Translations under genes and position numbers: made by a program
In this document: piece after piece, positions 24,851 to 39,825 of the stretch
How positions within the stretch are numbered: the first letter of the stretch is position 1
How the letters are laid out: each line of letters begins with the position of its first letter
The notes under the pieces: generated by a model
The model's input: only the letters and a program-made list of their open reading frames with translations
The model's database searches: none
What the model was told of the DNA's origin: nothing
Source of the DNA: Octopus sinensis
Taxonomy: Eukaryota
Length of the DNA: 64,000 nucleotides
Direction: 5' to 3'
Assembly: GCF_006345805.1 (NCBI RefSeq)
Contig: NC_042999.1
Location: forward strand, 107,012,001 to 107,076,000

Positions 24851-25869
24851 GATGGAAAAAACGAAATCTGGAAAATGTCTAAGTACCACTACCACTGTTG
24901 CCCCTGCTCCTAGTTTTGTGCCACATCCATACACAAATTCCCAATCCGCTCAGTATTTCTGCCTCCCATTTCCTATTTTATGTCTCTTACATCCTAGTAC
25001 TGCACTAACAACTCCACCCAGATTTCCTTGCAAAAATACAAGCCCTCTGGGACTCTCTGTCTCCCCATGATTTTTTTTCTTTTTTTTTTCCCTAATTTTC
25101 TATAGCTATTAACTTGCAACTGTTTAAGAAGAAATATTAACCACATCAATTTCACCAAGTTACAGATCAAATACAAAGGAAACGGTGAAGCTGATGAATA
25201 CATTCATAAACAACATCCTCTGGTGCAAAATGAAAAGAGCCACATAGAAATGACATGCTACATTCACCCAATTTCCAAATAAATCATTATTTAACAGAAG
25301 TGACTGCTAAGATTAATTTAACTGAGTTAATTACCATTTTATGGTGTATTTATAGACATAAAACTGCACATCATAGAATTTTTGGAGACATTAAAGGATT
25401 CCAGATGTTTATTTTATGAGCCAATGAGGGAGCTTGTGATTACTAAGACTAATTAAACTGACTTAATTACTATTTTATAGTGTATTTTATAAGCAATAAA
25501 GCACCATACTTTAGAATTTTTGTAGACATTCTGGGATTCCAGCATGACAATCCTGTTTGGTTTTATTTGTTTTGTATAGGAAGTAATTGTTCATGTACAT
25601 ATTTGACAATTTTACCCAAACAACAAATATTTAACATTGCACCAGTTCATGGATTAACCTCTCTTTTAATTGGCAAATGATTGCTTGAGATCATTGATAC
25701 CATTCACTCAAAATAACTTAATATTCCAGAAAAAATTTCTATCTTACCACACCATCTTGAAGTTTGTAGATATTCTTAGAAATAGAATATATTCAATTCA
25801 AGGATTTAATTGTAAGATATGATGTGTTTTTAATCTAAATCCAATAAATAACACTAAATGTATTTTTAC

Positions 25870-26260
25870 TCTTTTACTCTTTTAGTTGTTTCAGTCATTT
25901 GACTGCAGCCATGCTGGAGCAAATCGACCCCAGGACTTATTCTTTGTAAGCCTAGTACTTATCTTATCAGTCTCTTTTGCCGAACCGCTAAGTTACAGGG
26001 ATGTAAATACACTAGCATCGGTTGTCAAGCGATGTTGGGGGGACAAACACAGAGACACAAGCACACACATACACATATATATATATACATATACATATAT
26101 ACAACAGGCTTCTTTCAGTTTCCATCTACCAAATCTACTCACAAGGCTTTGGTTGACCCGAGGCCATAGTAGGAGACACTTTACGAAGGTGCCACGCAGT
26201 GGGACTGATACTGGAACATTGTGCTTGGTAAGCAAGCTACTTACCACACAGCCACTCCTG
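25870..26260 (-). mobile_element. SINE family A copy
   Basis: Collinear with 9851-10237. Confidence 0.85.
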
Positions 26261-27788
26261 TTTTTTTTTACTTCTATTTTCATTTACCATCAAAATCTCC
26301 CACAACTGGTAATACTCTCATTCAGATGAGTAAGAACTGAGAGCATTGTTTAAAGAAGGATGAGGTGAATATCTGTTGTTGAACTCTCACAGGACTTTGT
26401 TAGTGTCAGTTATTCAATAGAGTAAGCTTAAACATGCATCTTTTAATTCTTGTGATGTTAACTACAAGGTAGGATAGTTGACAGATTGTAGAATCTCCCA
26501 AACATAAACAAGGAAATATTATACAACTTATTCTTGCATAGCTTTCAGGTCAAGGATTATATATAGGCTTCAAACATCTCTGACCTAACAGTATTGTCAT
26601 AAGTGCAGAAAGACACTATAAAGGCCCAGTAATCATCCTGGTTTATTCTAGCACTTACGGATTGCTGTTCTGTTAAAACTACTATTATTTTTTATGACAA
26701 ACCAGTTATTAACTGAGACTACCTTACTCCTGCCTTTCAGACAGATTTCCCAGGTCCTGTTAGATGGGATGAAACTGAGATAGCCAAGTTGACTTTTTCG
26801 TTCTCAGTCATAGCACTTTCTAGAACTCAGTTGTACTGTTGTGAATATTGAGAGTTAAAAGAGAAAACATTGTTTCAGTTACATTGGCCATATAAAATTC
26901 ACAATGCTAGATATAACAAATGTGAATGACTGTACCAATAGGTGAAGTATGGGAAAAATATTTGTTTTGAATAATAAATAGTGTCCTACAATTCATGCAA
27001 AAGTTTTCTATTTCATGATTTTTCTTTTCTTTCATTTGTTATTTATTTTTGCTCTGTTTTGTAAATGTATGTCATCATCAGTATTTATCAACAGTTATTT
27101 TTTTCTGTGTTGGTATTCATTGCATGAGAACAACTGAGGTGATTTTTCTACAGCTAGATCCCCTTCTCATTCTCAACTTTCACTTGTTTCCAAGCAAACT
27201 GCTTGATTCCTTCATCTTTCGAGTAATAAACCCTTCAATGACCAGGTATGATTTTCATAGTAGATGTAAACAATGATGTCAGCTAAACAGTATCATGACA
27301 TTGCTTTTACACACCTTACAAACAATATCAAGATATCAGGTGGACCAAAATACCCAGCCACACATGCCTGTACCAATATTCATAGATATCTTACGGATTT
27401 CTGTAGTTTCCGTATATCAATGCCATTCACAGACATTGGTCAGCCCAAAACTAAAAAAGACACCTACCTATTGACTCAACACAGCATGAACAAACCTGAA
27501 ACTTTGTGGTTGTGATGTTAACTTCTTAATCAGATGACCATACTTGTGCCTATAAATATAGGTAGACAGATAGACAGATACACAGACAAACAGACAATTG
27601 GATGGACTGGCAAATGGACAGACAGAGAGATGGATGGACAGATGGATGGATGGACAGACGGATGGACGGAAAGATGGACAGATGGATGGAAGGCAGGTAG
27701 ACCTGCAGGCAAGCAGGCAGCCAGACAGGTAGGCAAGTGGACAGGTGGGCAGACATACAGATACACAGATAAATTGATAGATATATCA

Positions 27789-27836
<48 letters not shown>

Positions 27837-27839
<3 letters not shown>

Positions 27840-27944
27840 CCTGCTCGCTTAGCCAGCGGAGTGGCGTCATTTGAAGGCTAAAAGAATGCGAAGCGCATTG
27901 TGACCAGTGACGTGTAGCAACATCTGATAGCCTGGTCAGTCACG

Positions 27945-27949
<5 letters not shown>
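27837..27949. mobile_element. 113-bp GC-rich insert embedded in a pure (TA)n tract
   Basis: tggcctgctcgcttagccagcg...ctggtcagtcacggtgat flanked on both sides by uninterrupted (TA)n. Confidence 0.6.
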
Positions 27950-28003
<54 letters not shown>

Positions 28004-29019
28004 CTATGTATGTATGTGTGTATATATATAACTTCATTTATTAAACTTTAAATCACAGTCACCCAAACATGTACTCAACTAAAAGGCATTGAATAATTCT
28101 TCAGTTTAATGTTAAGTTGTTTGTATATATATATTTGGCTTGACATAAAAACATTCATATATTTTAACATATTCTTGTTCATTTGTTTAATTACTAACCG
28201 TATTGCTAGTTGTATGCCACAGTAAAATATATGTTGTTACTTAGCCAAGAGTCAGTCCTAATAGAACAAGTCAATAACCAAAGCATTCCTGGGATGACCA
28301 TCCTGTCTGGCTTTAATTTATTTATCTTTAAACTTGGCATATCTCAGACTACATTATCTAATGAATCTTTTCATTTAAAAAAAAAACCGGCAGGATATGA
28401 TTTGCAAGATATTTGGCTTCTATTTCTGATCGAACATCGAACCACATAAAATATCTTTCTTCTACACAAAGACATATATGTAAGTTTCTGTCAGAGTGCA
28501 GTGAATTGTTCTGTTTTTGAACTGTATTGAACTCTAATACTGCATCTTTGAAAGCTGCATGGTAAATATGGAAATAATTGAAAAAAAGAAAAGCCATCAG
28601 CAGCAGCAGCATCATCATCATCATCATTAACATCTTTAAAATATCATCCTCAACATAAATATGTTGTCTTTTTTTTAATTTTTTATTTTCGTGCATTTCA
28701 TAACCTGGCTACACGATTCACTTTTGTCGTTGTTCTTTTAGTTGTTGTTTATTTCTTTTGATATAAAAGAGGCCTTCTATTTCATTCATGTTTAGCAATA
28801 AAAAAAAAAGAAGAGAAAAAAAGAGAAAAAATATTCCCAAAAAAAGTAAAACTGAAAATAGAAAGAAAACAGAAAGAAACTGCATGAATATCTTGGCAGT
28901 GTTCAGAAAGGGAACTATAGCAAAAGACAACGTCATTTCATTATCGTCTTTGTATTTATTTTCCCACAGCCATATATAACTAGTTATGCATATACATATA
29001 TCCACACATCTACACACAC

Positions 29020-29085
<66 letters not shown>

Positions 29086-29138
29086 TCTATGTGTGTGTTT
29101 ATGTGTGCATGCGTATGTGTGTGTGTATACATGCATAC

Positions 29139-29191
<53 letters not shown>

Positions 29192-29876
29192 CTGTGTGTG
29201 TGTGTACATATATTTCCCTCTCTCTTTCTCTCTCTCTCCTTTGTTCTTCTTTTCTCCAACTCTTGCCTCATTCCTTTCTGTGGAAGAGCATAGGCTCACA
29301 ATGTCAAAAGCTCTTCTATTTTTTCTGAGCGTCAAACTAATGCACCTTGTTTGTTGTTCTCACACCTGTCTCTGTCTTGTCTTTTGTTTTTTGTACAATT
29401 CTGAAACACACACACACACACACACGCACACACACATACGCACACACACATACACACACACAAACATACATATAGATGCACCTTAGCAGTGTAGTTAAGA
29501 ATTTTACTTTACAGCCATGTGGTTTCAGATTTGGTCTCACTTTACAGCATCTTGTGTGATTTCTGCTATATTCTCAACCTAACAAATGCCATATGATGGA
29601 ATTTGTGAGAAGGAAACTGTAAGAAGCTTATTGTATACTATATATGTGCGTGTATGTACATATGCATGAGTGTGTGTATGTGTGTGTGTGTGTGCATGTG
29701 TGTATGTATGCACATATATATTTGCATGATACCGGCATCTACCATGACTGCGATTTTGCTAGGCTTGATGGGTCTTCTCAAGCATGACATAATGCCAAAA
29801 TTCTCAGTCATTGCCTCCCAGTGCTTGAAAGGAACTCACCCACTTTACCTCTGTGAGTCCAAACACTCAGGAGGAA

Positions 29877-29922
<46 letters not shown>

Positions 29923-29964
29923 GTGTGTGTCTGTTATGTATTTACATGTGTGTATGTGTGTGTG

Positions 29965-30119
29965 TGTAGCTGTGTGGCAAGAAGCTTACTTCCCAACCAC
30001 AAGGTTCTAGGTTCACTCCCATTGTGTGGCTCCTTGGGCAAGTGTCTTCTACTATAGCCTCAAGTTGGTCAAAGCCTTGTGAGAGTGTTTCATAGATGGA
30101 AACTAAAAGAAGCCTGTTG

Positions 30120-30168
<49 letters not shown>

Positions 30169-30305
30169 ATGTATATATATATGTGTGTGTGTATTTGTGT
30201 GTGTGTGTCTTTGTGTGTCTTTATCCTCCACCACCATTTGACAATTAGTGTTGGTGTATTTACATCACTATAACTTAGTGGTTCAGCAAAAGAGACTGAT
30301 AGAAT
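29965..30305 (+). mobile_element. SINE family A copy
   Basis: gtagctgtgtggcaagaagc...ggttcagcaaaagagactgatagaata. Confidence 0.75.
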
Positions 30306-30461
30306 ATGCTTGTATGTACATATAAGTATGTATATAAATTTATATATTTATATAAACATCTTTAAAATTGCATTTTCAAACCTTCTTTCATATATAATTC
30401 CACTCGTGCGGTACCTTACAACTCCACTTTGTTATATATATATGTATATAAATATATATCT

Positions 30462-30820
30462 CATCATCATCCTCATTTAACACCCGTTGTCCATGCTGGC
30501 ATGGGTTGGACGATTTGACTAGGGCTGGTAAGCTGAGATGCTGTACCAGACTCTAGTCTGATTTGGCATGGATTTTCTATGGCTGGATGCCCTTCTTAAT
30601 GCCAACTATTCTGAGAGTGTAATGGGTGCTTTTACATGCCACTGGCACAGGTGCCATTTGCATGACACCGGTGTCTGCCATGACTGATTTTTCTGAGCTT
30701 GATGGGTCTTCTTCTCAAGCAATAAATAATGCCAAAGGTCTTGGTCATTGCCTCCCATGAGGCCCAACACTTGAAAGGAATTCACCCACTTTGCCTCTGT
30801 GAGGTCCAAAACTGAAAAGG
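30462..30820 (-). mobile_element. RTE-clade LINE 3' end including C-terminal coding remnant
   Basis: FQVLGLM...DQDLWHYLLLEKKTHQA followed by the 3' UTR and (GAT)n tail. Confidence 0.8.
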
Positions 30821-31184
30821 AAATGTATGTGTGTGTGTCTCATGTTTCCTTATCTATACTCCTGCAGCTTTGCGTTACTGATGCTACAATATTATACAAT
30901 ATTATTGAAATTGCAATGATTTTTGGTCAATAACTGATGAGGGGTGAGTGTGTCAATGACCAATCTATGACCTTTTCCTGCTTTCCTAGTTTTCTGTACA
31001 GTCCTTTGTTATCCTACTATGTCAAATTTTACTCTGTGTGTGTGTGTATGCACGTGTGTGTGTGTGTGCATCACCATCATCATTTAATGTCTGTTTTCCA
31101 TGCTGGCATGGGTAGAACGGACTGAGAGGAGCTGGCAAGCCTGGGAACCGCACCAGATACCATAGTTTGTTTTTGGCTTGGATT

Positions 31185-31189
<5 letters not shown>

Positions 31190-31231
<42 letters not shown>

Positions 31232-31467
31232 ATGTATGTATATATATGTATGTATGTATGTATGTATATGTATATTTATATGGATATAAATATATGCATG
31301 TACAGATATTTATGTATATATTCAAAATATGTGTGCAGATATCTATGTGAATATTTGTATGTATATATATATATATGTAAATTATATTTATATACATATG
31401 TATGCATGCATACATGTACATATTTACATGTATGTATATATTTATATGTGTGTATATGTGTGTGTGT

Positions 31468-31553
<86 letters not shown>

Positions 31554-31555
31554 GT
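31190..31555. repeat. (TA)n/(TATG)n block followed by ~21 x AGAT
   Basis: Direct inspection. Confidence 0.95.
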
Positions 31556-33489
31556 AACCACATGCCTACAGATACACGTACATGTAACCATGCATACATT
31601 TCCATACACACACCTTGAAGTAGGAGATTTATATGTGATTTACAAAGAAATTGTTTTCCACCCACCACCTTTTTTGTCTTTTCTTGCTATCATTTTTTCC
31701 CCCCAATATTATATTTCGCTCATTCTTTTCCCATCTTTCTGTCTCTCTCACTTTGTCTTGCTTCCTCTCTTTCTCTTGTGTTTGTCTTCTTACATTCTGT
31801 ACTTGTCAGTCTTTTAGAAAAGAATATTTCTCTGATGTTTTATTATCCTATAGAACAAGACACATGACTTTGTCCTGGATAGTAAATTATTGATGAATAA
31901 TACGAAAAACATTGTTGAAGGCAGTAACAGTGGCAAGAGTGGAATTGGTGGGTCTGAATGAGTATGTGTTAATCGTGGCAGTGGTTGTAGTGATAGTTAA
32001 AGGGAAATTTTGATGGTAATGGTGGTGAGATTGTGCTTGATGTATCTATAACAATAACAGACACCAAAGGGAGAATATTATATTAACCATAATAATAATT
32101 ATCATTATTATTAATATATTTATCATATTTTCAAGTTTCATGTGAGTTTCTGCTATGCCACTATGTGCACCTCTACGTCTCTGAGATGTGTGCAGGTTTG
32201 TCTTTTGAGAGAGTAGATTATAAGAATATGCTACATTTCTTTTGCATTGTTATACAAGTTTGTTTTTGTTGTTTCTGGTGATATTTCAGAGTTTTGTCTG
32301 TTTATTGTGTGAAGTATATGTTATGTGAATTTTGTTATTCTTATTCTTGGTTGCTTTTGTGATTTGTATATGTTATGTGAGATGTATTTTGTATTTTAAC
32401 TTCACATGGTTATTGTGAAAAACATGTTTTCTGTGCATATTGCTAGCAGTGTTATATACTTCGGTAGCAGTTATGTAGAATGTGTATTGTGTGAGTTCTT
32501 GCTGTAGATTCAGGTGTTAATTAAGTAAGAATATGTGTGGAATTATTTTTCAAGGCTAGTGGTTATATAGAGTAGGTACTGAGTTTAGAATATGAACTGC
32601 ATCAGTTGTTGGTAATATGTGGGATGTGTTTCACAATTGCCACCCAATAATATAACACATCCAACACCCACACAAAACATATTCCTCACAATAACCAACT
32701 GACACTAAAACCCAAAACACAACTCTTACAACCCATCAAGAGCACAATCACCACCTAACAAATTCTACAGCTCACATTTCATATAATCAGTGTATTATGT
32801 CGATTACATAATAATATATGTTGTGATGTTTTATTGGGTGGTGATTTTTAAAAGCATGTGCTACAGGAGTTGTAGCAATGGCTATAAAGTGTATTGTGTG
32901 ACTTGTACTGTTTTGTTACGGGATGATTTTATGATGTTTGCATTCTGTGAGTTGTATTATTGTATTAGACAATTATTGTTGCACTTATTGAAAATGGTGA
33001 ACAGCTGGAATCTGGAATTTAGTTATATCCTTTAGTATATTGGAGTCAATTCCTCCTAGCTCAATTTCCTGAGGTCAATACCTGTCAGGTGATAGAGTCA
33101 ATTAAATAAATTATATCTTTTAACCCAGATTTGTACCATTCTACTTATATTATGAAGAAATAACTTTTATTTTTTAATAATTATTATTGTCAAGATTAAT
33201 GTATAATAGATATGTTATAACTCAAAACTAATTGTTTTGAGTTATCTAAGGACTTCCCTTTACATACTGTAACTTGCATCATGCCTGAAAATGAATGAAT
33301 AAGCACAAGTCAAGTTCTAGAGTCAGTTGTTACTGTTGCTTCCTAGAAGTCATTTCAATTATCATTACAGAATTTCATGGTGATACACAGAAACATGTCT
33401 TTGAAATTTAGTGATAAGTGTCTCAAACTCTCAAAAATATGGCCAAGGAATTGTACAGTGTAAAGATGACAGGATTTTAAACCTACCTT

Positions 33490-35390
33490 GTCTGATCAAG
33501 TTTTGATTATTGTCTCACAATTCCTTGAATAAGTTTTTCGATGTTTCTTTAAATAGCTATGAAACTATTGCTACTATGACAACACAGGTAATTGCAAATA
33601 TATTTCCACAGTTTCCTCACATCTCTAGTCAAGTTCTATTGTTGTTCCTTATTTTCATCTACTTTCACTTTAGTACAACAAAATCATATATATTTTACCT
33701 TTTTTTTTTTCTCTACTATAATCATATCTGGTATCTGTGTCTACTGTACAGACAAACCCTCTGAATCTTACAACTGTCATTTTCAGAAGTAGCTTCTTGG
33801 ATGTGTAAGTAACATTTTTCATTTATTTGTAATCCAATCTTACTATTAACCTCGTAGCATATACTTTTGCCTGTCCTGTCTCTTTATTTCTGTGTCTTGT
33901 GTTGTTTTTGTTTTTTTCTAGTACCAATGTCTTTTTATATAAATTTGTTACATCCTCACTTTGTTTGGTTGACATTTTGTGTACTCTGTCAAAAACATTC
34001 TAAATGGGTTTTTTTTATTTTTATTTTTATTTTTGCTAAAACTGCCCACTTTTGCTTTAATGGTGTTTATTCTACTTGTTTCTACTCACATAGTCATGAT
34101 CAGAGCTTCTGTTTCCTCACTTTTGTTCTCAATATTTCAGTTACATCCACTATTCTCCTCCTTCAATACTTATTGTTTGCTTGATAAACTAGCCACATAA
34201 CACTTTTTCTTTTCATTTTCCTATTTTCTCTCCTTTACAATTTTTTTCTTTCTTCTTTTGTGTTTTTGTTATTTAGCATCCTTGTTACAACACACATAAG
34301 CTTGTTCTGTAATTGCCAATTCAGTAGTTTTTTCTTTTATATTTTAAGTCTACCAACATTTTTGTGGAAGTAATCCATTGTGCATTGTTAGTGGCATTCT
34401 GATGTATTTATCCATTCCCTCTGGTTAATTTTTCAACCAATGAAGAAAAGCTGCAAAATATCAAAGTATTAATATTGCTACTATGTTGATTTCTTTAATG
34501 ATGTTCTTCTCATTTAGTTTTGTTTCAAAGATTTTCTTACCCTCCCTACTATCCTTTTAAATTCTTCACTAATTTTACCTTTTATTTCCTTCTGTTTAAT
34601 CTCATCCTCCTGAAACACATCCAAATAATTATTCCACTCACTGCATCAGTGATCTTACTGCCTTGTTATCTGAAAGAGTGATTTGCTCAGACTTTGCCCA
34701 TTTCCTTTGTTACAAGTACAGCACACATTTTAATACCAAAATGCATCCTCATTATGATCTAAAATTCTCACAGATTGTATCAAAGAATTTTACCCCACAC
34801 TTTTGAAGTAAATGTTAATGTCATCCATGAACATTAAATGGTTAATTCCCTCATTAGTTTTGGTTAGATGCCACCTCCAGTCCATTCTTTCATACCTTAT
34901 AAGACAGGAGGATCAAAGCACACTTAAGCAGAAGTGAGCATAATGAATCTTCTTGGAAAATGTCTCTTTATTCTAATTATCATCCAGTTACTTTTCACCA
35001 CATGTCAGTTCAACATACAAATAACTTACACTGGTCTCAGTGAAGTTTTGTATACCAACTTCAAAACCACATATTTTCAAGCACTCCAGAACCATAGTAT
35101 AGAGGATCAGATCACAGGATTTTCAGTAAACAATTCCCCTAAGCACTTTTTTTCTCTCTTCCTGGAGTATCATTTGATGAATATACTAGCTGATCATCTG
35201 TTACTCATTATCTTAATTATTGTACTCCAATATGTAGGTATTATATTTCCATAAAGAAGCGTATCTCATTATTTGTCATTCCTATCAAATGATGTTATTT
35301 GATAATACTGTAGTTGTTCATTTTAGCTTCTTTCATTTTGTCTTTCCATATTAAGCTAGTTTTTCGTCTTCTCTTTAATGATAGTGAATT
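33490..35390 (-). mobile_element. Heavily degraded R4/Dong-like retrotransposon
   Basis: EGINHLMFMDDINIY (RT catalytic motif) at ~34810-34855; weaker remnants elsewhere. Confidence 0.6.
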
Positions 35391-35414
35391 TTCTGCTTGG
35401 CATTGATTAAGATA

Positions 35415-35875
35415 TCATCATCATCATCATCGTTTAACGTCCATTTTCCATGCTAGCATGGGTTGGACAGTTCAACTGGGGTCTGGGAAGCCAGGTGGCT
35501 GCACCAGGCTCCAGTCTGATCTGGCAGTGTTTCTACAGCTGGATGCCCTTCCTAATGCCAACAACTCCGTGAGTGTAGTGGGTGCTTATTACATGCCACT
35601 GGCACAGGTGCCAAGGGAGGCTGGCAACGGCCATGATTGGTTAATGCTTTTTACCTGCCACTGGCACGGAAGCCAGTCAAGGTGGCGCTGGCATCAGCCA
35701 CGTTCAGACAGTGCTTTATACATGCCACTGGCACAGGTATCACAACTACAATTTCCATTTGTTTTTCTGATGTTGATGTACTTGACTCAATAGGTCTCCT
35801 CAAGCACAGCAGGTCGCCCTACAATCTAAGGTAAGCACAGCAGGCCATCCTGTGATCCAAGGCACTTTGGATCAT
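35415..35875 (-). mobile_element. RTE-type 3' end with 2-3 internal repeat units
   Basis: Collinear with 50475-50945. Confidence 0.8.
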
Positions 35876-36149
35876 ATGAATTGAAAATATAAATCCATTC
35901 AGAATATACACCAGAAAACCTGAAATCCATCTGGGATTAATGTCGAGTATTTTAGTTTGTATTTTTGCCGGCCACAACTTTACATAATTTTTTTCATTAA
36001 ATAAGTATTATTTCATTTCTGTTTTGCAAGTCTTATCACAAAAAAATTTAACATTTAGTCTGCTTCATATTATGCTTGATTTTGTTACCCTAAATGCCTT
36101 ACCATTTCCAGTTCATATCCATTCATATGTAGGTATGTACTTCATTTTG

Positions 36150-36420
36150 TCCTTGTTTGTATGTTAGCCAATCTGTGTAGCATAAGTCTCAAATCACAAT
36201 AAGAGAAGTTGGGCTTGTTCTATTGCTTCTGATATAAATACTAAGCTATCAGCATAATCTGTGAGAAGCACTACAGCATGTCTCCTGCTGCATGCTTGTT
36301 GTAGTGGCCTGCATTATCATCTTTTGTTGCTTCTCTCATTACATAATCTAGTGCTATTATGAATAAGGAGGAAAAGGTGTCACCTTAAAATACTCCTGCT
36401 AGAATTTCAAAGGACTTAGA
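36150..36420 (-). mobile_element. Degraded RT fragment (RTE-like)
   Basis: FEILAGVF*GDTFSSLFIIALDYVMREA resembles AGVLQGDTLAPYLFIIVLDY. Confidence 0.55.
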
Positions 36421-36635
36421 GTTAACTCAGGACTCAGGTAAGAAGCCGGTTAAAGGATTCAGGTAAGGAGACAGTACCTTCATAGAGGCGCCTTTGTGGA
36501 GCACTTCAGTAGCAGAAGACATTTTCCTGGTGAAGCTGTAAGCAATCAGGATATTCATTAGCTTACCCCTGTGGATCAATTCAAAAGCATTTTTAGCTTT
36601 TATCTGACCAGAGTTGGTCTTCTTCCTCCCTTCTG

Positions 36636-36875
36636 GAGGTGCATGGCTTAGTGGGTGGACTAAAGATTGTAAGATTGTGGTTTCGATATCTAGACTGAGT
36701 GACATGTTGTGTTCTTGAGCAAAACACTTCATTTGACATTGCTCCAGTCCACTCAGCTGGCTAAGATGAGTAATCCTGCGATGGGCTGGCCTTTTCTCCA
36801 GGTGAGGAATATATATGCCATAAAGCCAGAAAACTGGCCCTTCTGAGTTGAGATGACTCGAGAAGATAACTTTAT
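36636..36875 (+). mobile_element. tRNA-derived SINE related to family C
   Basis: gaggtgcatggcttagtgg...ggtttcgatatc...gagcaaaacac...ctgcgatgggctggcc...aaactggccc. Confidence 0.65.
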
Positions 36876-39825
36876 TTTACTTTACTCCCTAAAACTCCAT
36901 CATTTGATAAAATGGGAGATTGAAGAAATGGCAAAAGAAGGCACAAACATAAGCTTATGTATATGCGCATATGCATGTGTACATGCATGCATGTGCATGT
37001 GTGTACATGTGCATTTGCACACATGTTTGTGTATGTGTGTGTGTATGTGCGCATGTGTGCATGTTAATATGCATACATACAGTACAAGTTGATACACACT
37101 ACTGATGAAGCTCAAAGAAGTGAAGTCTGTATTTAGCAATGCCAACACTGTTGTTGGTCACATTTCACCAGCTGCTGACACATTTTTGTGCTTTTTATCA
37201 CTATACATCTTTTTTTCTCAAATCAGATACCACTGTTTAAAAGCATTTGATATTTTAAGTATGATATAAAAATTGCTAATAAAAACAATTAAGGTTAATT
37301 ACTCAAAGCTAATTACATACATATAAATCCAAGATCACAAATATATACACATATAGATTTGCACAAATAGATTCACATGCAATTAATCAACAGATATGCA
37401 CTTCCTTACACACAAGCAATTTCATCTCTCTATCTTCTTTTCACAGTTCATGTTTCCCCTCCCTCTCTTTTTCTCTCTCTTTCTCTCTCTCACTCTCACT
37501 TTCTCTCTCTTTCTCTCTCTCACTCTCACTTTCTCTATCTCTCTTTCTCTCTCATTCTTTATTTGTCTTCAGTCCCTCTCTTTCCCTTATGCGAAGGAAG
37601 AAGATATAATAAAAGAAAAAGTATAGCACAGAAAGAGAATTCATGGATGGTCTTTGAAATGAATAACAAGTATATAAAGAAGGAATGTAGCATGTTTATA
37701 TGCATATATACAGATGTAAACACACACACACACACACATGCATATATATAGGTATGTGCACATATATATATATATGTATATGGATAGACATGTGCATATG
37801 TATAAATGCTTACACATACATAGATATACATTCACATATACACATATGAATGCACACACACACAAACACACATTCATGCTTATATGTAAATAGTTGAAGA
37901 CAGTATTTTCTGTGACATCTTTCAATATATAATACTGATATGTTCAAAGGTCTTACAGGCAGATAACAAAAGAAAAGCATATGACAGAGAAAAAGAAAGT
38001 CTTCATTGCAGCTTTGATGGGAGAAAGCTACAGGATGATGAGCAGAATCACTGAAGAAGAAAACAACAGTGTGGAAGAATAAAGAAAAGAGAAAGGGTGG
38101 AGGAGTAACTTAAACAATATGTGAGAGGCATAAGATAAAGAAACATAATGTATACATACTTACATACATACATACATAGAACCTATGTATGCATACACAT
38201 GTGCATATAGATATATGTGAATACATATACACCTGTTCCCATACACACAACAAAATCATATTTACACATAAAAATAAATCATTGGGGTTAATTATGCCGA
38301 GTTAATTACTTGCATAAACAAATACAGGAGTACAAACACATAAACTTACAGACACAGCTACATACATACACATACATGCACACACAAACACACACATACA
38401 CGTGTTACTACTCAGATTGGTAGAAACCTATATATCTGAAAGTAGATTGGAAAATAAAAGAAAACATATATAATAATTTATTGTTCTTTTCCACTGTTTT
38501 TTCCCCAACGGATCTTATTATGTTATTTTAAACATAAGCTTTCTATGTAGTATTAATTCAACTTGAATCATTTTAATTCAAATGACTTAAGTCCCATTCT
38601 GTTAAGATATGAAATGAGAATTTAGATTCTCATTTAATTTTCTATATATTTGTCCATAAGACAAGTATTAGGCTAATTTATTCAAATTAACAATGCTCAA
38701 CATAAAACTTTTGCTACTATCTTTCTAGGACACTTTATTGTTTATTTATATATTTTCTTATGCTACCTTATCCACTGCAGACATATGTTTCCCTCTGTGT
38801 ATTTGCTTCAGTAAATTTTTTCTAAGATATTTTCTTGTCACTCTAAGCAGCTTCTCCAGCATAGATTTATGTTTGTTTTATTTAAATTCAATTCTTCATT
38901 CCCCCTACAATAAGTTCAGCTCTTAAAATAGAAACAATCGGTGTTTCAGTGATGTAATTTTTACACATATCTTTTCATGCTGTCATTAACTGCATTTTCT
39001 TTTACTGTCAAGTATTATCTGTACATTCCTGTCTAGAATTATGATGGTGATTTTTTCTTAGTAAGTCATAATTATTCCTTCAAGCAACCCAATACATTTA
39101 TATTATTCCTTCAATATCTGTAAACCTTTTAAAACTTGGTATCTATATTTATTATTGGCGTTCTTTTTCCATTCTCTTAAGTCACTCTTACCTCAGCAGA
39201 ATAGGTTTCCTATATTTTGAATATTTTATATTGTGATTTGCAAACAATAGCATCATTGAACTACAGTTTCCAACAAGACAGTCACTGGTTCACAGCATTT
39301 TTGATAGCAATAGTAACAAGTGAGCATTTCTGATTTGGTACAAAATAAATATCTTACAGGACTTTTCCGATTTCCTCAGTGAGGATTACACACTTTACTG
39401 ATAAACACCATCAAAATATGTAAATAAAATATGCAAATAGATCCTTCACTGGTTTCCACGTTGTATATTTCAGTTGTTCAATCAACCAATCTGCCTACAC
39501 ATAATCTTAGATTCCACAGATATATGTAAGCTTCATGTAATATTCAAGTAGAAATAGTGTGTTTCAGAATGGCCATTGGATCTACAGATACACTGCATCT
39601 GATGATTTTCCATATATTCTTGCTTACCCAATTTAACAGACAAGGTATTAGTCCAGGCAACAGTATAATAGAAAACATTTGACCAAGGTACTGCATAGCT
39701 GGATTCAACCTTAGAACAATGCAGATGTGAATCAATCTTTTTAACTATATGGAAATAAAATAAACTCATATTTAAATATTATTATTATTATTATTATCAT
39801 TATTATTAATATTATTATTATTATT

